Of a stretch of DNA of 64,000 bases, positions 1 through 10,763 are shown one piece after another. The translations under genes were made by a program, and so were the position numbers. Within the stretch, counting starts at the first letter, position 1. Each line of letters opens with the position of its first letter. A model generated the notes under the pieces. That model saw only the letters and a program-made list of their open reading frames with translations. It ran no database searches and had not been told where the DNA came from. The DNA comes from Candidatus Hydrogenedens sp. (GTDB taxonomy: Bacteria; Hydrogenedentota; Hydrogenedentia; Hydrogenedentales; Hydrogenedentaceae). The stretch spans positions 1-64,000 of the forward strand of contig JBMFRC010000008.1 of the NCBI GenBank assembly GCA_049968235.1, read 5' to 3'.

Positions 1-329
1 ATTTATACCATCTAACTCGTATGACTTATTGAGAGGCTTGTATATAATTTTTCTCAAAGAAATTCAACTCATGTCATTCTATATATTTGCATATAACGAT
101 ATGTTATGTTTTACTATGTAGTAGAATCATTCTTCTTTCTGGAAACACTTTATGTTTTTTACTTGCTCAGTGGTAAAAACTCCCCTGACTCTATACTGAT
201 TCGTATTATTTTAAATACAAAAACAATTCTTACTCACTCTAATTGAAAATATTAACTACAATTATTAGTATTTATATAATTATATTAAAACATAATACTA
301 AATATCTTTATTAATTCATTAAAAATAAT

Positions 330-358
330 TTGACATCCATAATTTTTTTTGATATATT
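330..358 (+). promoter_or_regulatory. Sigma70-like promoter candidate (TTGACA-N17-TATATT) upstream of the first operon
   Basis: Direct read: ttgaca at about 330-335, a 17-nt spacer, tatatt at about 353-358, roughly 10 nt before the 369 TTG start. The region is AT-rich, so a chance match is possible. Confidence 0.4.
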
Positions 359-368
359 TATTTTATAA

Positions 369-1034
369 TTGAATACAACAATTTATATAAATAATAAACT
401 ATATAATTTATATATTAGGATGCAGACATTAATTAGTGAAGAAAATAAAAAACCAGTCGATTTAACTACATTAGAAACTTTGTTAGGTTCCGAAGCACGA
501 ACAAAAGTTTTCTTAGTCCTTTTTACAAATTTAGGACGAATGTTTTACCAGCGTCAGGTGGAAAACGCAACAAAATTACCCCTTCGTGCTGTACAGCGGG
601 AATTGGAACGACTTGCGCAAATTGGACTTATCTATCAGTGGAAAGAAGGTAATAGAACATGGTATCAAATTGACCAAAATCATCCTTTAGTCTCCATTTT
701 ACAATCTCTCGTATTAAGAGTGTGTTCTCCAATTGACCGACTTCGTACAGTCCTTAATAACAATAAATCTGTTCGCCTTGTTTTACATAACTCTGATAAG
801 AACGAAGTGATTGTGGTAACAACAAATGGGGATATTTTCCCAGAATTTATTGAAGGAATTCGTATATCTGTTATCACTACCAATGAATTTATAGAAAAGA
901 TAGAACGAAAGGATTCCGAATATATAAATTTCTTGCAGGGAGCCGTTGACCTCCTCGGAAATAGGGAAGATTTCCTATGGAGAATTATTGAAAATAACAA
1001 ATGGAATATACCGAAAGGGGAAAATGTCTTATGA
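369..1034 (+). CDS. Winged-helix DNA-binding protein, AbiEi-like N-terminal wHTH plus an uncharacterised C-terminal domain. The start is uncertain: TTG at 369, or ATG at 420 (MQTL...).
   Basis: The ORF track protein contains LPLRAVQRELERLAQIGLIYQWKEGNRTWYQI, a recognition helix followed by a G-x-(Y/W) wing as in AbiEi/COG5340-type wHTH. Its 3' end overlaps the next gene. Confidence 0.5.
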   Translation: MNTTIYINNKLYNLYIRMQTLISEENKKPVDLTTLETLLGSEARTKVFLVLFTNLGRMFYQRQVENATKLPLRAVQRELERLAQIGLIYQWKEGNRTWYQIDQNHPLVSILQSLVLRVCSPIDRLRTVLNNNKSVRLVLHNSDKNEVIVVTTNGDIFPEFIEGIRISVITTNEFIEKIERKDSEYINFLQGAVDLLGNREDFLWRIIENNKWNIPKGENVL

Positions 1035-2443
1035 GTGTTTTATATAATCGCACATCCTTGCAAATACCTGAATCATGGTGGAAATGGGCTCAGGCATCAC
1101 AGGGAATAGAGAGATATAGGTATATTGAAGACTTTTTTCATAGATTAGGCTGGAAATCTTTTGTCCCCCTTCCAGAAACAGAAGTAATTAAAAATACAGG
1201 GGTACTCCCTTTTTTATTAACAACTGAACATGGCAAAGAACTTTGCATCGTTATAGTTCCCGAACACCTACTCACATTACCCTCAAATATAAAAAATAAC
1301 CATCTGAATTTTTGTCCTCTTTCACGATTGCTATTTGAAGAATTCTCAAATGAATATTTACATCATGTTCTGATGACTGATTTCAGCAAATTTCATCTCT
1401 ATTCTATCCCCGACCAGACACTAATAATGTGGGCAGACTATCCCGCACAGTTTCAAATGGAAATGGCTCCTCTGGTATTAGAACCATGCGTGGATAAAGG
1501 TTCACTCGAAGAAATACCCCCTATACCTAAAAGTAGTCTGGCTCGTGAATTACGAGATTGGAATATTTCATGGATAAAGAAATTTCAAAAAGTTGCAGAC
1601 ATTACAGAAGAAAAATCTAACATCATCATAGACCGTTTCTTCATTCTCCATCATGTATTTTCTCATCGTATCTTCTGGAAAACCCATGAATTTTTAGAGG
1701 AACGTTTATTAGATTTGATAGATATGGCTATTACACAACAAGACCCCGGAGATATTGGCGAACATCTTATTGCTCTATTTCACGATATGTGGTTTGACTG
1801 GCGAATTGGTTGTTTCCAGATTGATACAGAAATTGACCGTGTATTATCCCGGAATGAAATCTCTGCTGAATTATTATATGAATATCCCCTTCTTTCTCCG
1901 AACAAATTTGACATCGCAGTTCTATTGGAAAGCTTTAATTATGGCGATTCTCTCGAACGGATGCGTGTCCGCATGATTCCCGAACCCAATCCCGACCGTG
2001 AGGCATATCTGCATACACAAACGAAAGAAACCATAGACCATGCACAAATAGAAGTAGACATTTCGGAAGAAGGTTACCGGGCTATCCTTTTCTGGTTCGA
2101 CCGATTAATAAAATGCTACGAATTACTGGAAGAAAAAGAAATGGCAAAATTATTCCCATCTGAAAATATAGATGACCTCTGGACATGGGGACAGAGGAAT
2201 AACAACATTCCGATGACCTTCCGAAACAAAATTCAACAAGCATGCATGCATGGCTTCCGCATATACTATCAAAATGCACGACAATTAAGAATCGCCCGTT
2301 TACTTCTTACAATTCATCTTATCCAGTTATATAGTGAATCCAAACACCCTCTGGAAAAATTTCCTTCTATGGAACACGTCTTCGTGAAAAAACCAGAACC
2401 CATCCCATCCGAACGCTCAATGCCACGAAAAATCTCAATTTAA
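1031..2443 (+). CDS. Hypothetical 470-aa protein with no recognisable family. The ATG at 1031 is preferred over the track start at 1001, because a GGGG RBS sits 8 nt upstream. It is translationally coupled to the wHTH gene by an ATGA overlap.
   Basis: Long open frame with native-like composition. The ATG overlaps the upstream stop. An R-x5-H stretch (RIFWKTH) is present but is not diagnostic. Confidence 0.5.
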   Translation: MSVLYNRTSLQIPESWWKWAQASQGIERYRYIEDFFHRLGWKSFVPLPETEVIKNTGVLPFLLTTEHGKELCIVIVPEHLLTLPSNIKNNHLNFCPLSRLLFEEFSNEYLHHVLMTDFSKFHLYSIPDQTLIMWADYPAQFQMEMAPLVLEPCVDKGSLEEIPPIPKSSLARELRDWNISWIKKFQKVADITEEKSNIIIDRFFILHHVFSHRIFWKTHEFLEERLLDLIDMAITQQDPGDIGEHLIALFHDMWFDWRIGCFQIDTEIDRVLSRNEISAELLYEYPLLSPNKFDIAVLLESFNYGDSLERMRVRMIPEPNPDREAYLHTQTKETIDHAQIEVDISEEGYRAILFWFDRLIKCYELLEEKEMAKLFPSENIDDLWTWGQRNNNIPMTFRNKIQQACMHGFRIYYQNARQLRIARLLLTIHLIQLYSESKHPLEKFPSMEHVFVKKPEPIPSERSMPRKISI

Positions 2444-2869
2444 GAAAGGTATTTATCTGTTAAACCCACGAAGACAAGAGAAGTTTTAATTAATTTATTA
2501 AATTCACACAAATCCACACTGATTGTACTAAAATTTCAACTCCTTTAAGTAATACTCAAAATAATTGTTGCTCTTATCATTGGGAAATAATTCATAAGCA
2601 AATATATTAAAAATACTTTATAAATTTACATAAAAACCATATACTTAAAAATAATTATGAATACAGAATGGAAACAGAAATTAACAAACGAAAATAAACT
2701 TAAAACAACAAGTAATTCCTGCCGAATAATCCGCAAAGACCGATTTTAAAAAAAATAAACATGAATAATTGTTTATATAAAAATTTATTTTTTATGTTCG
2801 TTTATTGTAAAATACATATCTACAATCTTAAAGAGTTGTTAACAAGGTATATTAAATCACCGGATTAAA

Positions 2870-5839
2870 ATGCCAAAACTTTTGAGAAATATCAGAAACC
2901 GATTCGCTTCCTTTTATAAAAGTTTACCCATTGTTCAACAACTTTTCATACTCGCACTCGTCCCCACTTTTATTGCACTATTTATCTCATGTTTAATCTT
3001 CTGTATTTTTGACATTGCCTTTTTAAAGAATACATTACAAACTGAATTGAAAATAACTGCACAACACTTAAATGCTCATCTCTCTGAGTTATTAAGTAAA
3101 GATGATATAACAAATGAACAAATTGAGAGCGAATTAAATATATTATTGAAAGATAATGAACGCGTTTCAATGGCATGTATCTATAATGATATGGGGAAGA
3201 TTATAGCCCGTTATTCACGGAAGAAAAACACGGCAACTTTCCCCATAAATCCTTCTCTTTCAAATTCTAAAACCGCTTACTGGAATTATTTTTGTATTTT
3301 TTATCCTATTAAAAAAAATACAGAACTGTTTTCAACAGCGAATAGAGGACAAATTTCAGAAAACATCGCTACACTATTTTTAGCCATAGATAAAAACATT
3401 TACTACCAACGGATTTTATTTTTTGGTATTGGGATATCCAGTGTCCTTATCTTCTCTTCCTTGATTGCATTTTTTGTTTCTACCAAGTTACAGCGTGCTA
3501 TTTCTCGTCCAATAGAGTATCTTTCGCGATTGGCAAAGTACATCTCCGAGGAAAAAGATTATTCTGTCCGTGCCACAAAAATCGCAACAAATGAATTGGG
3601 AATATTAATTGATGAGTTTAATGAGATGCTCCATCAGATAGAAACGAAAGAGCAATTATTGAGAGAAGCCAATAAAGATTTACAGGAAAGAATAAGCATC
3701 CGGACTAAAGAATTACAGGAAGAGATTGAAGAACATCGGCGAACATCGGAACTTTTACAAAAAGAAATTCAAGAACGGATTCGTATTGAGAACGAACTAA
3801 AAAAAGCAAAAGAACAGGCAGAATTGAAAACACAAATAAAAAGTGATTTCCTTGCAAATGTCAGTCATGAGATACGCACACCTATGACAGGTATTTTAGG
3901 GATGTCAGAAATTTTATTAGAATCGAATTTAATAGAAACTCAACGAAAGCAGGTAGAGACCATCTATCGTTCCGGACAATTCCTTTTACGACTTATTGGG
4001 GATATTCTGGATTATTCAAAAATTGAAGCAGGACATATTGAAATCGAACCCGCTCCTTTTGATTTACAAGTTGTATGCGAAGAAGTAATTGAATTGATGT
4101 CTCCATTGGCACATGGGAAAGGAATCAATCTTTACTTGCGATATGTCCCAAATTGTCCACGAAGGTTTATAGGAGATGCTGGAAGAATTCGACAAGTCCT
4201 AACAAATTTAATTGGTAATGGGATAAAGTTTACACATCAGGGTTATGTTTTAGTATCTGTAAGTTTAGATGGTATTACAGAAGATAAAGCAGCTATTTCA
4301 ATTACAGTAGAAGATACTGGAATCGGAGCACCTCAGGATAAATTAGAATCTATTTTTGAACGATACGAACAGGCCGATGCTCTCATTACAAAACAATATG
4401 GCGGTACTGGATTAGGTCTGGCAATTTGCAAACTCATTGTGGATGCAATGAAAGGTTCTATATCTGTCTATTCCCGTGAAAAAGAAGGAACTCGTTTTAC
4501 TATTTCCCTCATATTACCAATAGATAATAAACAACCGGTACCTTCTTACAGTTCTTATAAAGAATCTTTACGCGGTATCCGTGTTCTGATTGTTGACCAG
4601 AGCCCTATCAATCGCAATGTCCTTGCAGAACAACTTCAGTCATGGAACATGCAAGTAGATACAGTCGGCTCAAGTGCAGAGGCATTAAACTACTTAAAAG
4701 AAGGTATTGAAAAAGGAAGTCCTTATCAGATAGTTCTTATTGACGACCAGATGCCCGGTATACAGGGAGAATCCTTAGGTAGAACCATTAAACAAAATGA
4801 ACAGATAAAAGATACCATTCTGGTTCTTATTACTCCTTTTGGCATGAGAGGTGATGCCCACCGATTGTTTGAACTGGGATTTTCAGGCTATTTGACGCGA
4901 CCTATTCGGCAAAGCGAATTAATGGATGCTCTGGCATCTATCTGGGCAGCACACCTTAAAGGAGAACAACCTTCCATCATTACGCGTCATACCGTAATTG
5001 AACAACGACATACTCAAAAAGAACATCCATTTTTCAATGCCCAGATTCTATTGGCAGAAGACAATTTTGTTAATCAACAGGTGGCTATTGAGATACTCCG
5101 AAATATGGGCTGTGAGGTTACAATAGCAGTTGACGGACAGGAAGCAATAGAATGGTTTAAACGAAAAAAATTCGACTTATTGTTTATGGATTGTGAAATG
5201 CCCCGTATAAACGGTTTTACCGCAGCACGAGAAATAAGACAAATCGAACCTACAGGTACGCATACACCTATTATCGCACTTACTGCACATGCCCTCAGTG
5301 GGGACCGTGAACGATGCCTCTCCGCAGGAATGGATGATTACTTATCAAAACCTATTGAAACTGCAAAGGTCCTCGAAATACTAAAAAAATGGCTTGTTAA
5401 TACCAAAATAGATATGTCACAGGAATTATCATCTCCACAATCCCGTAAAATAGAATCTATGGACATTACAACATTACCGACATTCGATTTGAAGAAAGCA
5501 TTGGAAAATACAGGGGGGAAGATAAAAACTATTCAGCGTATTGCTATGGTATTTTTACAACACATACCTGCAAGAATTGAGGAAATACAAAAAACTTATG
5601 ATGAAAAGAACTATGATGAATTGCTCCGCTTGATTCATTCTTTAGCCGGTGCATCAGCCTCTATTTCAGCCAGTAAATTAACCTACATTACACAAACTAT
5701 GGAACAGGAACTTCGTGGAGGGCTTACAGATAATATCTCATCAAATATAGAAGCCATACGAAAAGAATTCGGCGAATTGAAATCCCTATTAGAACATATA
5801 CATTGGGAAGAAATTAAAATAAGCGATAACTCTCAATAA
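2870..5839 (+). CDS. Hybrid sensor histidine kinase: N-terminal TM helices, HAMP/coiled coil, HisKA, HATPase_c, two REC domains, and a C-terminal HPt domain (BarA/ArcB-like architecture)
   Basis: Motifs seen: [17 protein letters not shown] (H-box), [13 protein letters not shown] (G2 box), two receiver domains (LIDDQMPG; [14 protein letters not shown]), and an HPt-like [15 protein letters not shown]. Confidence 0.85.
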   Translation: MPKLLRNIRNRFASFYKSLPIVQQLFILALVPTFIALFISCLIFCIFDIAFLKNTLQTELKITAQHLNAHLSELLSKDDITNEQIESELNILLKDNERVSMACIYNDMGKIIARYSRKKNTATFPINPSLSNSKTAYWNYFCIFYPIKKNTELFSTANRGQISENIATLFLAIDKNIYYQRILFFGIGISSVLIFSSLIAFFVSTKLQRAISRPIEYLSRLAKYISEEKDYSVRATKIATNELGILIDEFNEMLHQIETKEQLLREANKDLQERISIRTKELQEEIEEHRRTSELLQKEIQERIRIENELKKAKEQAELKTQIKSDFLANVSHEIRTPMTGILGMSEILLESNLIETQRKQVETIYRSGQFLLRLIGDILDYSKIEAGHIEIEPAPFDLQVVCEEVIELMSPLAHGKGINLYLRYVPNCPRRFIGDAGRIRQVLTNLIGNGIKFTHQGYVLVSVSLDGITEDKAAISITVEDTGIGAPQDKLESIFERYEQADALITKQYGGTGLGLAICKLIVDAMKGSISVYSREKEGTRFTISLILPIDNKQPVPSYSSYKESLRGIRVLIVDQSPINRNVLAEQLQSWNMQVDTVGSSAEALNYLKEGIEKGSPYQIVLIDDQMPGIQGESLGRTIKQNEQIKDTILVLITPFGMRGDAHRLFELGFSGYLTRPIRQSELMDALASIWAAHLKGEQPSIITRHTVIEQRHTQKEHPFFNAQILLAEDNFVNQQVAIEILRNMGCEVTIAVDGQEAIEWFKRKKFDLLFMDCEMPRINGFTAAREIRQIEPTGTHTPIIALTAHALSGDRERCLSAGMDDYLSKPIETAKVLEILKKWLVNTKIDMSQELSSPQSRKIESMDITTLPTFDLKKALENTGGKIKTIQRIAMVFLQHIPARIEEIQKTYDEKNYDELLRLIHSLAGASASISASKLTYITQTMEQELRGGLTDNISSNIEAIRKEFGELKSLLEHIHWEEIKISDNSQ

Positions 5840-5948
5840 TCCCTCTTGAAATATATAAATATACCAGACTTTTATTTGCCACAATTTATACAATTATGGC
5901 ATATTAACTTCGAACAAGATAAAGCTTGCATATAGGGAGATTTCTAAA

Positions 5949-6437
5949 ATGAGTGATTACAAAAGACCTACATGGGATGAATATTTCATGGAAGTGGCAC
6001 GAACAATTGCCAAACGAGCCACATGCGACCGTGGACGAAGCGGATGTGTTATAGCCAGAGATAAACAGATACTTGTAACAGGTTATGTAGGCTCCCCTGT
6101 GGGATTTCCTCATTGCGATGATGTAGGTCATCAGATGAAAAAAGTTGTTCATGAAGATGGGACAATAACACAGCATTGTGTTCGCACAGTACACGCAGAA
6201 CAAAATGCTATCTGTCAGGCGGCAAAATTAGGTATTAGCATTCAAGGGGGAACTTTATATTGTAAGATGACACCCTGTCGTACCTGTGCCATGTTAATAA
6301 TCAATTGCGGGATAGTCCGTGTCGTCTGTGAAAAGCGATACCATGCAGGAACCGAATCAGAAGAAATGTTTCGTCAAGCAGGCATCCAACTTGAATATGT
6401 CTATCCAGACGAAGTCGAATCTTATAAAAACCAGTAA
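5949..6437 (+). CDS. dCMP deaminase (ComEB / CMP-dCMP deaminase zinc-binding family)
   Basis: Zinc-binding motifs VHAEQNAI (HAE) and PCRTCAMLI (PCxxC), 162 aa. Confidence 0.8.
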   Translation: MSDYKRPTWDEYFMEVARTIAKRATCDRGRSGCVIARDKQILVTGYVGSPVGFPHCDDVGHQMKKVVHEDGTITQHCVRTVHAEQNAICQAAKLGISIQGGTLYCKMTPCRTCAMLIINCGIVRVVCEKRYHAGTESEEMFRQAGIQLEYVYPDEVESYKNQ

Positions 6438-6581
6438 AATGGGCTGAAATTTTCAAATTATAGATGTAAGCACCTCTCTCTAAATATCATCTACATAGTA
6501 CGAAAATGGGCTATAAGACCTGAAATTCAACGACAAATATTGTTTCAATTGAACATTGGGAAATTAATCAATTTCTGCGAT

Positions 6582-7790
6582 TTACCTGCTCTTATTTTCG
6601 CGAGCAGATTTGCTAACATCCGCAAGGGTATCTACAAGATAATCGAGGGCTTCATGAGTTAATCGTGGGTGAACAGGTAAAGTTACTAATGTCCTTGCTA
6701 ATTCTTCGGCAACGGGGAATTGTCCTCGCTTAAAACCTCGCTTCTGGAAGGCAGTGCTCCAGTGTAATGGGATGTAGTGAATACCCAACTTGATGTTATA
6801 CTTTTCCTTCATGACCCATAACAAATCTTCTTTGTTCATCCCGAATTCTTCAGGGATAATTCGAATGGGGTACAAATGGAAAACATGCATACGGTCCGAA
6901 GGAACTTTAGGGGTAATAATCCCCGGAACTGTTTTTAACGCCTGTGTCAAATATTCTGCATTTTCCTGTCGTTTTTTGTTCAGACTATCTAACTTTTTCA
7001 ATTGTATAATTCCTACACCTGCCTGAATATCTGTCATCCGGAAATTGTAGGCACAATCATCGAAATCCTGCCACCAGAATTTCTTGCCCTTCGGGAATTT
7101 ATTCTCATCCAACAAACAATATTTCGTAGTGGGTGCGTATACGCGTGTTGCATGGGAACGATATAAAGATACACGTTCAAATAATGCGGAGTCTGATGTT
7201 GTAATCATACCTCCTTCGCCTAAAGTAGACATATTTTTTTGTTCATGGAAACTGAAACAACCTAAAGCACCTATATTTCCCGTCTTTTTCCCTTTATATT
7301 CCGCACCGATAGCATGACATGCATCTTCTACTATAGAAAAGTTATACTTCTCTGCCAATTGAAGCAATGGGTCCATATCCACAGGTAAACCATATAAATG
7401 AACAGGGGCTACTACCTTCGTATTTTCCGTTAACTTCTCTTCAACCCTTGAAATATCCATATTGTATGTTTCAATATCTACATCTACAAAATCCACTTCT
7501 GCTCCTAAAGTAACTGCAGAAGCAGGAGTAGCAATCCATGTAATCGGTGTCGTAAGCACACGCACACCCGGACGCACCCCCAGTGCCAGCATGGATAAGA
7601 AAAGTGCTGCGGTTCCATTGGAAACGGTGCGAGCATACCTGCAACCAATATACTTTGCAAATTCTTTCTCAAATTCCAAACAATACTCACTACAAGTAGG
7701 CGCTTTTTCACGAAGAACGCGCAATACCATTTCTTCCTCTTCTGTCCCATACACCGTACCAAAACGAATTTCCAAATCATAAGGTGCCAT
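6582..7790 (-). CDS. DegT/DnrJ/EryC1/StrS-family PLP-dependent sugar aminotransferase
   Basis: 402-aa protein. The N-terminal glycine-rich PLP fold and overall length match the family. It is adjacent to an RmlD-like reductase. Confidence 0.8.
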   Translation of the reverse strand: MAPYDLEIRFGTVYGTEEEEMVLRVLREKAPTCSEYCLEFEKEFAKYIGCRYARTVSNGTAALFLSMLALGVRPGVRVLTTPITWIATPASAVTLGAEVDFVDVDIETYNMDISRVEEKLTENTKVVAPVHLYGLPVDMDPLLQLAEKYNFSIVEDACHAIGAEYKGKKTGNIGALGCFSFHEQKNMSTLGEGGMITTSDSALFERVSLYRSHATRVYAPTTKYCLLDENKFPKGKKFWWQDFDDCAYNFRMTDIQAGVGIIQLKKLDSLNKKRQENAEYLTQALKTVPGIITPKVPSDRMHVFHLYPIRIIPEEFGMNKEDLLWVMKEKYNIKLGIHYIPLHWSTAFQKRGFKRGQFPVAEELARTLVTLPVHPRLTHEALDYLVDTLADVSKSARENKSR

Positions 7791-7794
7791 CGTT

Positions 7795-8688
7795 TTATCC
7801 TTTTGTTATAAAATTTTTAACAAGTTTTATTCCATCCGCAATGTCATAAAAAGGAGTTGTTAATACAGACTTTGCAAGGGCATTGGATAATGAAGCATCC
7901 TTAGGACGCGGAGCCCTTAATGAATCTGTAATAGTATGGGGATAAATTAATGTCTCATCCCAATTCATTTCGCGTGCAATTATCTTCGCCATATTATAAC
8001 GAGAACTCCTTTCATTTCCCGCCAGATGTATTATCCCCTGGAATGTATTTTGAGCTAATTCAATTAACGATTTACCCACCGTAATAACATCAATGGGAGT
8101 TCTAAATTCATCCTCCGGCATAGGAACTGATTTTCCCTCCTCTATTTTCTTCTGCATACGAGCAAGGAAGGAATTTCCCACACCCAACACAGGAAAACCC
8201 ATTACAAGAGATAACCTGGCAATAACAAATGAGGTCTTTGCCTGTGATACATCAATTTCGCATTGAACCTTTGTTTTCGCGTAATGGTTCAAAGGCAATG
8301 GCATATCGCTTTCTGTATACATTCCTTTTTCCCCGTCAAACACCGTGTCTGTGGAACAATAAATAAAACGACAGGACAATTTTTCCGCAGACCTCAATAA
8401 AGCACGCGTTAGACCTACATTTACTTCCCATGCAAGGTCAGGCTGTTTTTCACATTCATCAATATCAGCCATAGCGGAAGTATGAATAACCGCATTCGGT
8501 TGAATATCTAAAATAATATTTGACCATGTATCTTTATCATTGGTTGTAACTTTTATCCAGTGAATATATTCAGGCAATACCTCCGGCTTATCCTGCCTCG
8601 AAAGTGTGTATGTTTCTATATCATTTGGCATTTGACGCAAAATACTACCAGCAACAAAACCACTTCCACCTGTAATAAGAATCTTCAT
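7795..8688 (-). CDS. NAD(P)-dependent sugar epimerase/reductase (short-chain dehydrogenase fold, RmlD-like)
   Basis: N-terminal MKILITGGSGFVAGSIL Rossmann motif, 297 aa. It lies 5 nt downstream of the DegT gene in the same orientation. Confidence 0.7.
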   Translation of the reverse strand: MKILITGGSGFVAGSILRQMPNDIETYTLSRQDKPEVLPEYIHWIKVTTNDKDTWSNIILDIQPNAVIHTSAMADIDECEKQPDLAWEVNVGLTRALLRSAEKLSCRFIYCSTDTVFDGEKGMYTESDMPLPLNHYAKTKVQCEIDVSQAKTSFVIARLSLVMGFPVLGVGNSFLARMQKKIEEGKSVPMPEDEFRTPIDVITVGKSLIELAQNTFQGIIHLAGNERSSRYNMAKIIAREMNWDETLIYPHTITDSLRAPRPKDASLSNALAKSVLTTPFYDIADGIKLVKNFITKG

Positions 8689-8726
8689 ATTACCTTTTCC
8701 TATGTTTTACTGCTTTTATTGTAATG

Positions 8727-10682
8727 TTAACGGGACAAATGTCGAAATTCTTGCATATTTTGGATTTGTTTCACAAATGGTTCCATTTCCGTTTTTGCCA
8801 ATAGTGCTATAACTATTGCAGGTTTATAGTCTCCGAATTGAGCACGGAGCAAATCGATTTTGTAGGTATTGCCCTTGCCGGCAATGGTTGCATTACGAAC
8901 TTGAAATTCAATACCTGTTTCTCTTAGTAGGTAAGTAACTAATCCATTCCCCTCTGCAATTGAAGTTATAACAAACCGTGACTCTGTATCCGCAGGTATC
9001 GGCAAATCCACGAATTCACCTGCTTCCAATACCCCATTGTGCAAATAAGTCTTACCTGCTATGATAATCCCCGGATTTTTTGTGAACGGTTCCGGTTTGT
9101 CCATCCTTATTTGTAATTGCTCTACTCGGACACCTTCACCAGCATTACGGAAAACACTTTCTGCGGAAATAAGTAATTGCACATCACTTTTTTCATTCGT
9201 GTTAACTGTTTCAATGTTTGAAAAATCCGGAACCTCAAATTTTGAAAATACATCGTTATATCCCGTATCAAGCAAGGATACATCTTCTTTCTTTTCAAGT
9301 AACAAGGTTCCATTACTTTGATAAATCCTCCAAACAATATACACCTCCGTACCTGGAGAATGTGCATACACTCTTAAATGTGCAACATACTTCTCTTTAG
9401 GAGCGGTCGGATAATACGCAAATTGAGCATCACCCCTCCGTGGAGTCATCACTCCTACATATCCATTTCCTAACGAAAGGCGTAATCCCGGATTATCCCA
9501 TTGCCATTGCATTTCTTTCCTATTCCCATACGGAATGACATCTATAGCAGGTAACATTTTCCCGCCAGAAGGACGTTCGCCATAAGCAGTCAGGTCTGAA
9601 TTCTCATTAAACCACACATCATCAACACCCATGAAATATACCCGAGCCTGAACATCCTGACCAATGTAATGTCTATATACCGGTGTTTTTTGTCCATTAC
9701 GGCTTAATCCAACACCGTAAGCAATAGAGGATGGTTTCTCCCCATCATAGGAAGTAGATACGGGAATATGTCGACTCAAATGTTGATATTTTGTGTCTAT
9801 CTCATCAAAAAATTTTTTATCCGAACTACTCCATGCTCGAATATGTATACCCTCTCCGTTTATTTCAAAAAAAACACCTCCAATTCGTTCTCCTCCAAAT
9901 ATTTCCTGAGGAGGAAATCCTCCAAACCTCCCATTTGACACAAACCATTTTTGCCAACGAGGAATAATCTCCCATGTATGGTTATGTCCATGCATCCATA
10001 GGATAACCTGAGAATTTTCACGAAGTAAACGGATAACTTCTTCCGAATTAGCAACCATTCGATAGCCCGTATCATCATGTGGACATGTTGTCCCTTTAAG
10101 AGCATTATGACTGAGGATGATAGTCGTTTCATCCCGATGAACTTTCAGGTCCAATCGAACCCATTCTAACGCCTCCTGAGAAACATAATTGGCTCCCATC
10201 ATTTGGGGTAAAGATACAAAGTGAATTCCTCTCAAACTAAAACTGTAATAAGGTCTGCAAGGTAAACTACCCATGCATGCGGAACGTACTTCCCTGTTCT
10301 CATGATTGTTATGTGATATTTCATGATTGCCCGGCACATAAAATAAAGGCACCACCCCACAACCTTCCGAAATAACCTGTATCCATTCCACTAAGGTTTC
10401 TACCCTCGCGGTATTATGATGAGCATCTCCTGTATCAATCAGTAAATTCAAATCAGGGAACGCCGTTAATATATTCTGCACATTTTCCCTTAATACCTTT
10501 ACAGATGGTTGTTTGGGATTATCCCAGCCAAAATGGGCATCTGAAATAATAAAGCCTTTAAGAGTTTCCCTATTTTCCCCCGCATCTGTATAAGCGGAAC
10601 GCATAAAAGCCAGTGGACCCATTGAAACCAAAATACATGAGGTTGAGAGGAAATCACGCCTTGATAAAAAAGTTTCCGTCAT
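8727..10682 (-). CDS. Tat-exported calcineurin-like metallophosphoesterase with a large C-terminal extension
   Basis: Twin-arginine motif SRRDFLST near the N-terminus. Metallophosphatase motifs GDAHHN and GNHE are present. Confidence 0.7.
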   Translation of the reverse strand: MTETFLSRRDFLSTSCILVSMGPLAFMRSAYTDAGENRETLKGFIISDAHFGWDNPKQPSVKVLRENVQNILTAFPDLNLLIDTGDAHHNTARVETLVEWIQVISEGCGVVPLFYVPGNHEISHNNHENREVRSACMGSLPCRPYYSFSLRGIHFVSLPQMMGANYVSQEALEWVRLDLKVHRDETTIILSHNALKGTTCPHDDTGYRMVANSEEVIRLLRENSQVILWMHGHNHTWEIIPRWQKWFVSNGRFGGFPPQEIFGGERIGGVFFEINGEGIHIRAWSSSDKKFFDEIDTKYQHLSRHIPVSTSYDGEKPSSIAYGVGLSRNGQKTPVYRHYIGQDVQARVYFMGVDDVWFNENSDLTAYGERPSGGKMLPAIDVIPYGNRKEMQWQWDNPGLRLSLGNGYVGVMTPRRGDAQFAYYPTAPKEKYVAHLRVYAHSPGTEVYIVWRIYQSNGTLLLEKKEDVSLLDTGYNDVFSKFEVPDFSNIETVNTNEKSDVQLLISAESVFRNAGEGVRVEQLQIRMDKPEPFTKNPGIIIAGKTYLHNGVLEAGEFVDLPIPADTESRFVITSIAEGNGLVTYLLRETGIEFQVRNATIAGKGNTYKIDLLRAQFGDYKPAIVIALLAKTEMEPFVKQIQNMQEFRHLSR

Positions 10683-10763
10683 TACAAAATCCCTTCACAA
10701 TTACATTGCTTTTTCTAATTAAACCCCACTGAAGTATATTTGTTACGATAATCCATAAAATAT

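Noticed and set aside
680-1000. Numerous short track ORFs antisense to or nested within long CDSs (for example 680..1000, 7462..7782, 21101..21443, 39163..39492, 47851..48264, 52023..52656)
   Set aside because: They overlap well-supported genes on the other strand or in another frame and show no motifs. They are treated as spurious.
5985-6012. TGGCACgaacaaTTGC, a sigma54 -24/-12-like element
   Set aside because: The spacing between the GG and GC elements is one nucleotide too long, and it lies inside the dCMP deaminase coding sequence.
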